Under the pieces are notes generated by a model that did no database searches, was not told the origin of the DNA, and saw only the letters and a program-made list of their open reading frames with translations. The translations under genes and the position numbers were made by a program. A DNA stretch of 64,000 bases from Utricularia gibba (taxonomy: Eukaryota > Plantae > Magnoliophyta): positions 1,364,001 through 1,428,000 of the forward strand of contig NEEC01000008.1 in assembly GCA_002189035.1 (NCBI GenBank), read 5' to 3'. Below, in pieces: positions 63,837 to 64,000 of this stretch (within the stretch, counting starts at the first letter, position 1; every line of letters begins with the position of its first letter).

Positions 63837-64000
63837 ACCATTTCACCACCGCCCACAGTGAATCCAATCCTCCCTCATCTTGCCGGCGCGGCTGATCCTC
63901 CTTTGTGTTCATAGATTTGTATTATACAAGTATTGTGTCATGTGAATAAGATACAAAACATGCTCTCAGGCATGTGTTTCGTTCTTAGTGTGTGTTCTTT

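Noticed and set aside
1-64000. CRISPR arrays, rRNA, tRNA or snRNA genes
   Set aside because: None seen; eukaryotic nuclear DNA, and the only tRNA-like match is the retroelement PBS

Overview
Gene-dense eudicot plant nuclear DNA with short GT-AG introns and AT-rich intergenic spacers. It holds about 20 protein-coding genes: PLP-homeostasis protein (partial), NDR1/HIN1-like, PPDK regulatory protein, a small acidic protein, HD-ZIP IV ATML1/PDF2-type, RBP45/47, a small basic protein, peroxidase 42, NOSIP/CSU1, DUF1639, PB1, VAP/MSP, ARM-repeat, AFB6-type TIR1 receptor, YrdC, FBS/SKIP27 F-box, Dof, BPC class II, a small membrane protein and a HIPP/HMA protein. There are also three decayed genes (VPS28, ABC1 kinase, DUF1218) and one structurally complete 10.1-kb Ty3/Gypsy Tat/Retand retrotransposon (528-bp LTRs, GGTAC target-site duplication, tRNA-Lys primer site). 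Two observations stand out. First, the retroelement carries an antisense gene that appears to be multi-exon, with phase-compatible introns. Second, six to eight otherwise well-conserved genes each lack one base in a short G or C run; this is most likely a long-read consensus artefact that would cause false pseudogene calls. Family assignments are from motifs recognised by eye; no database search was run.
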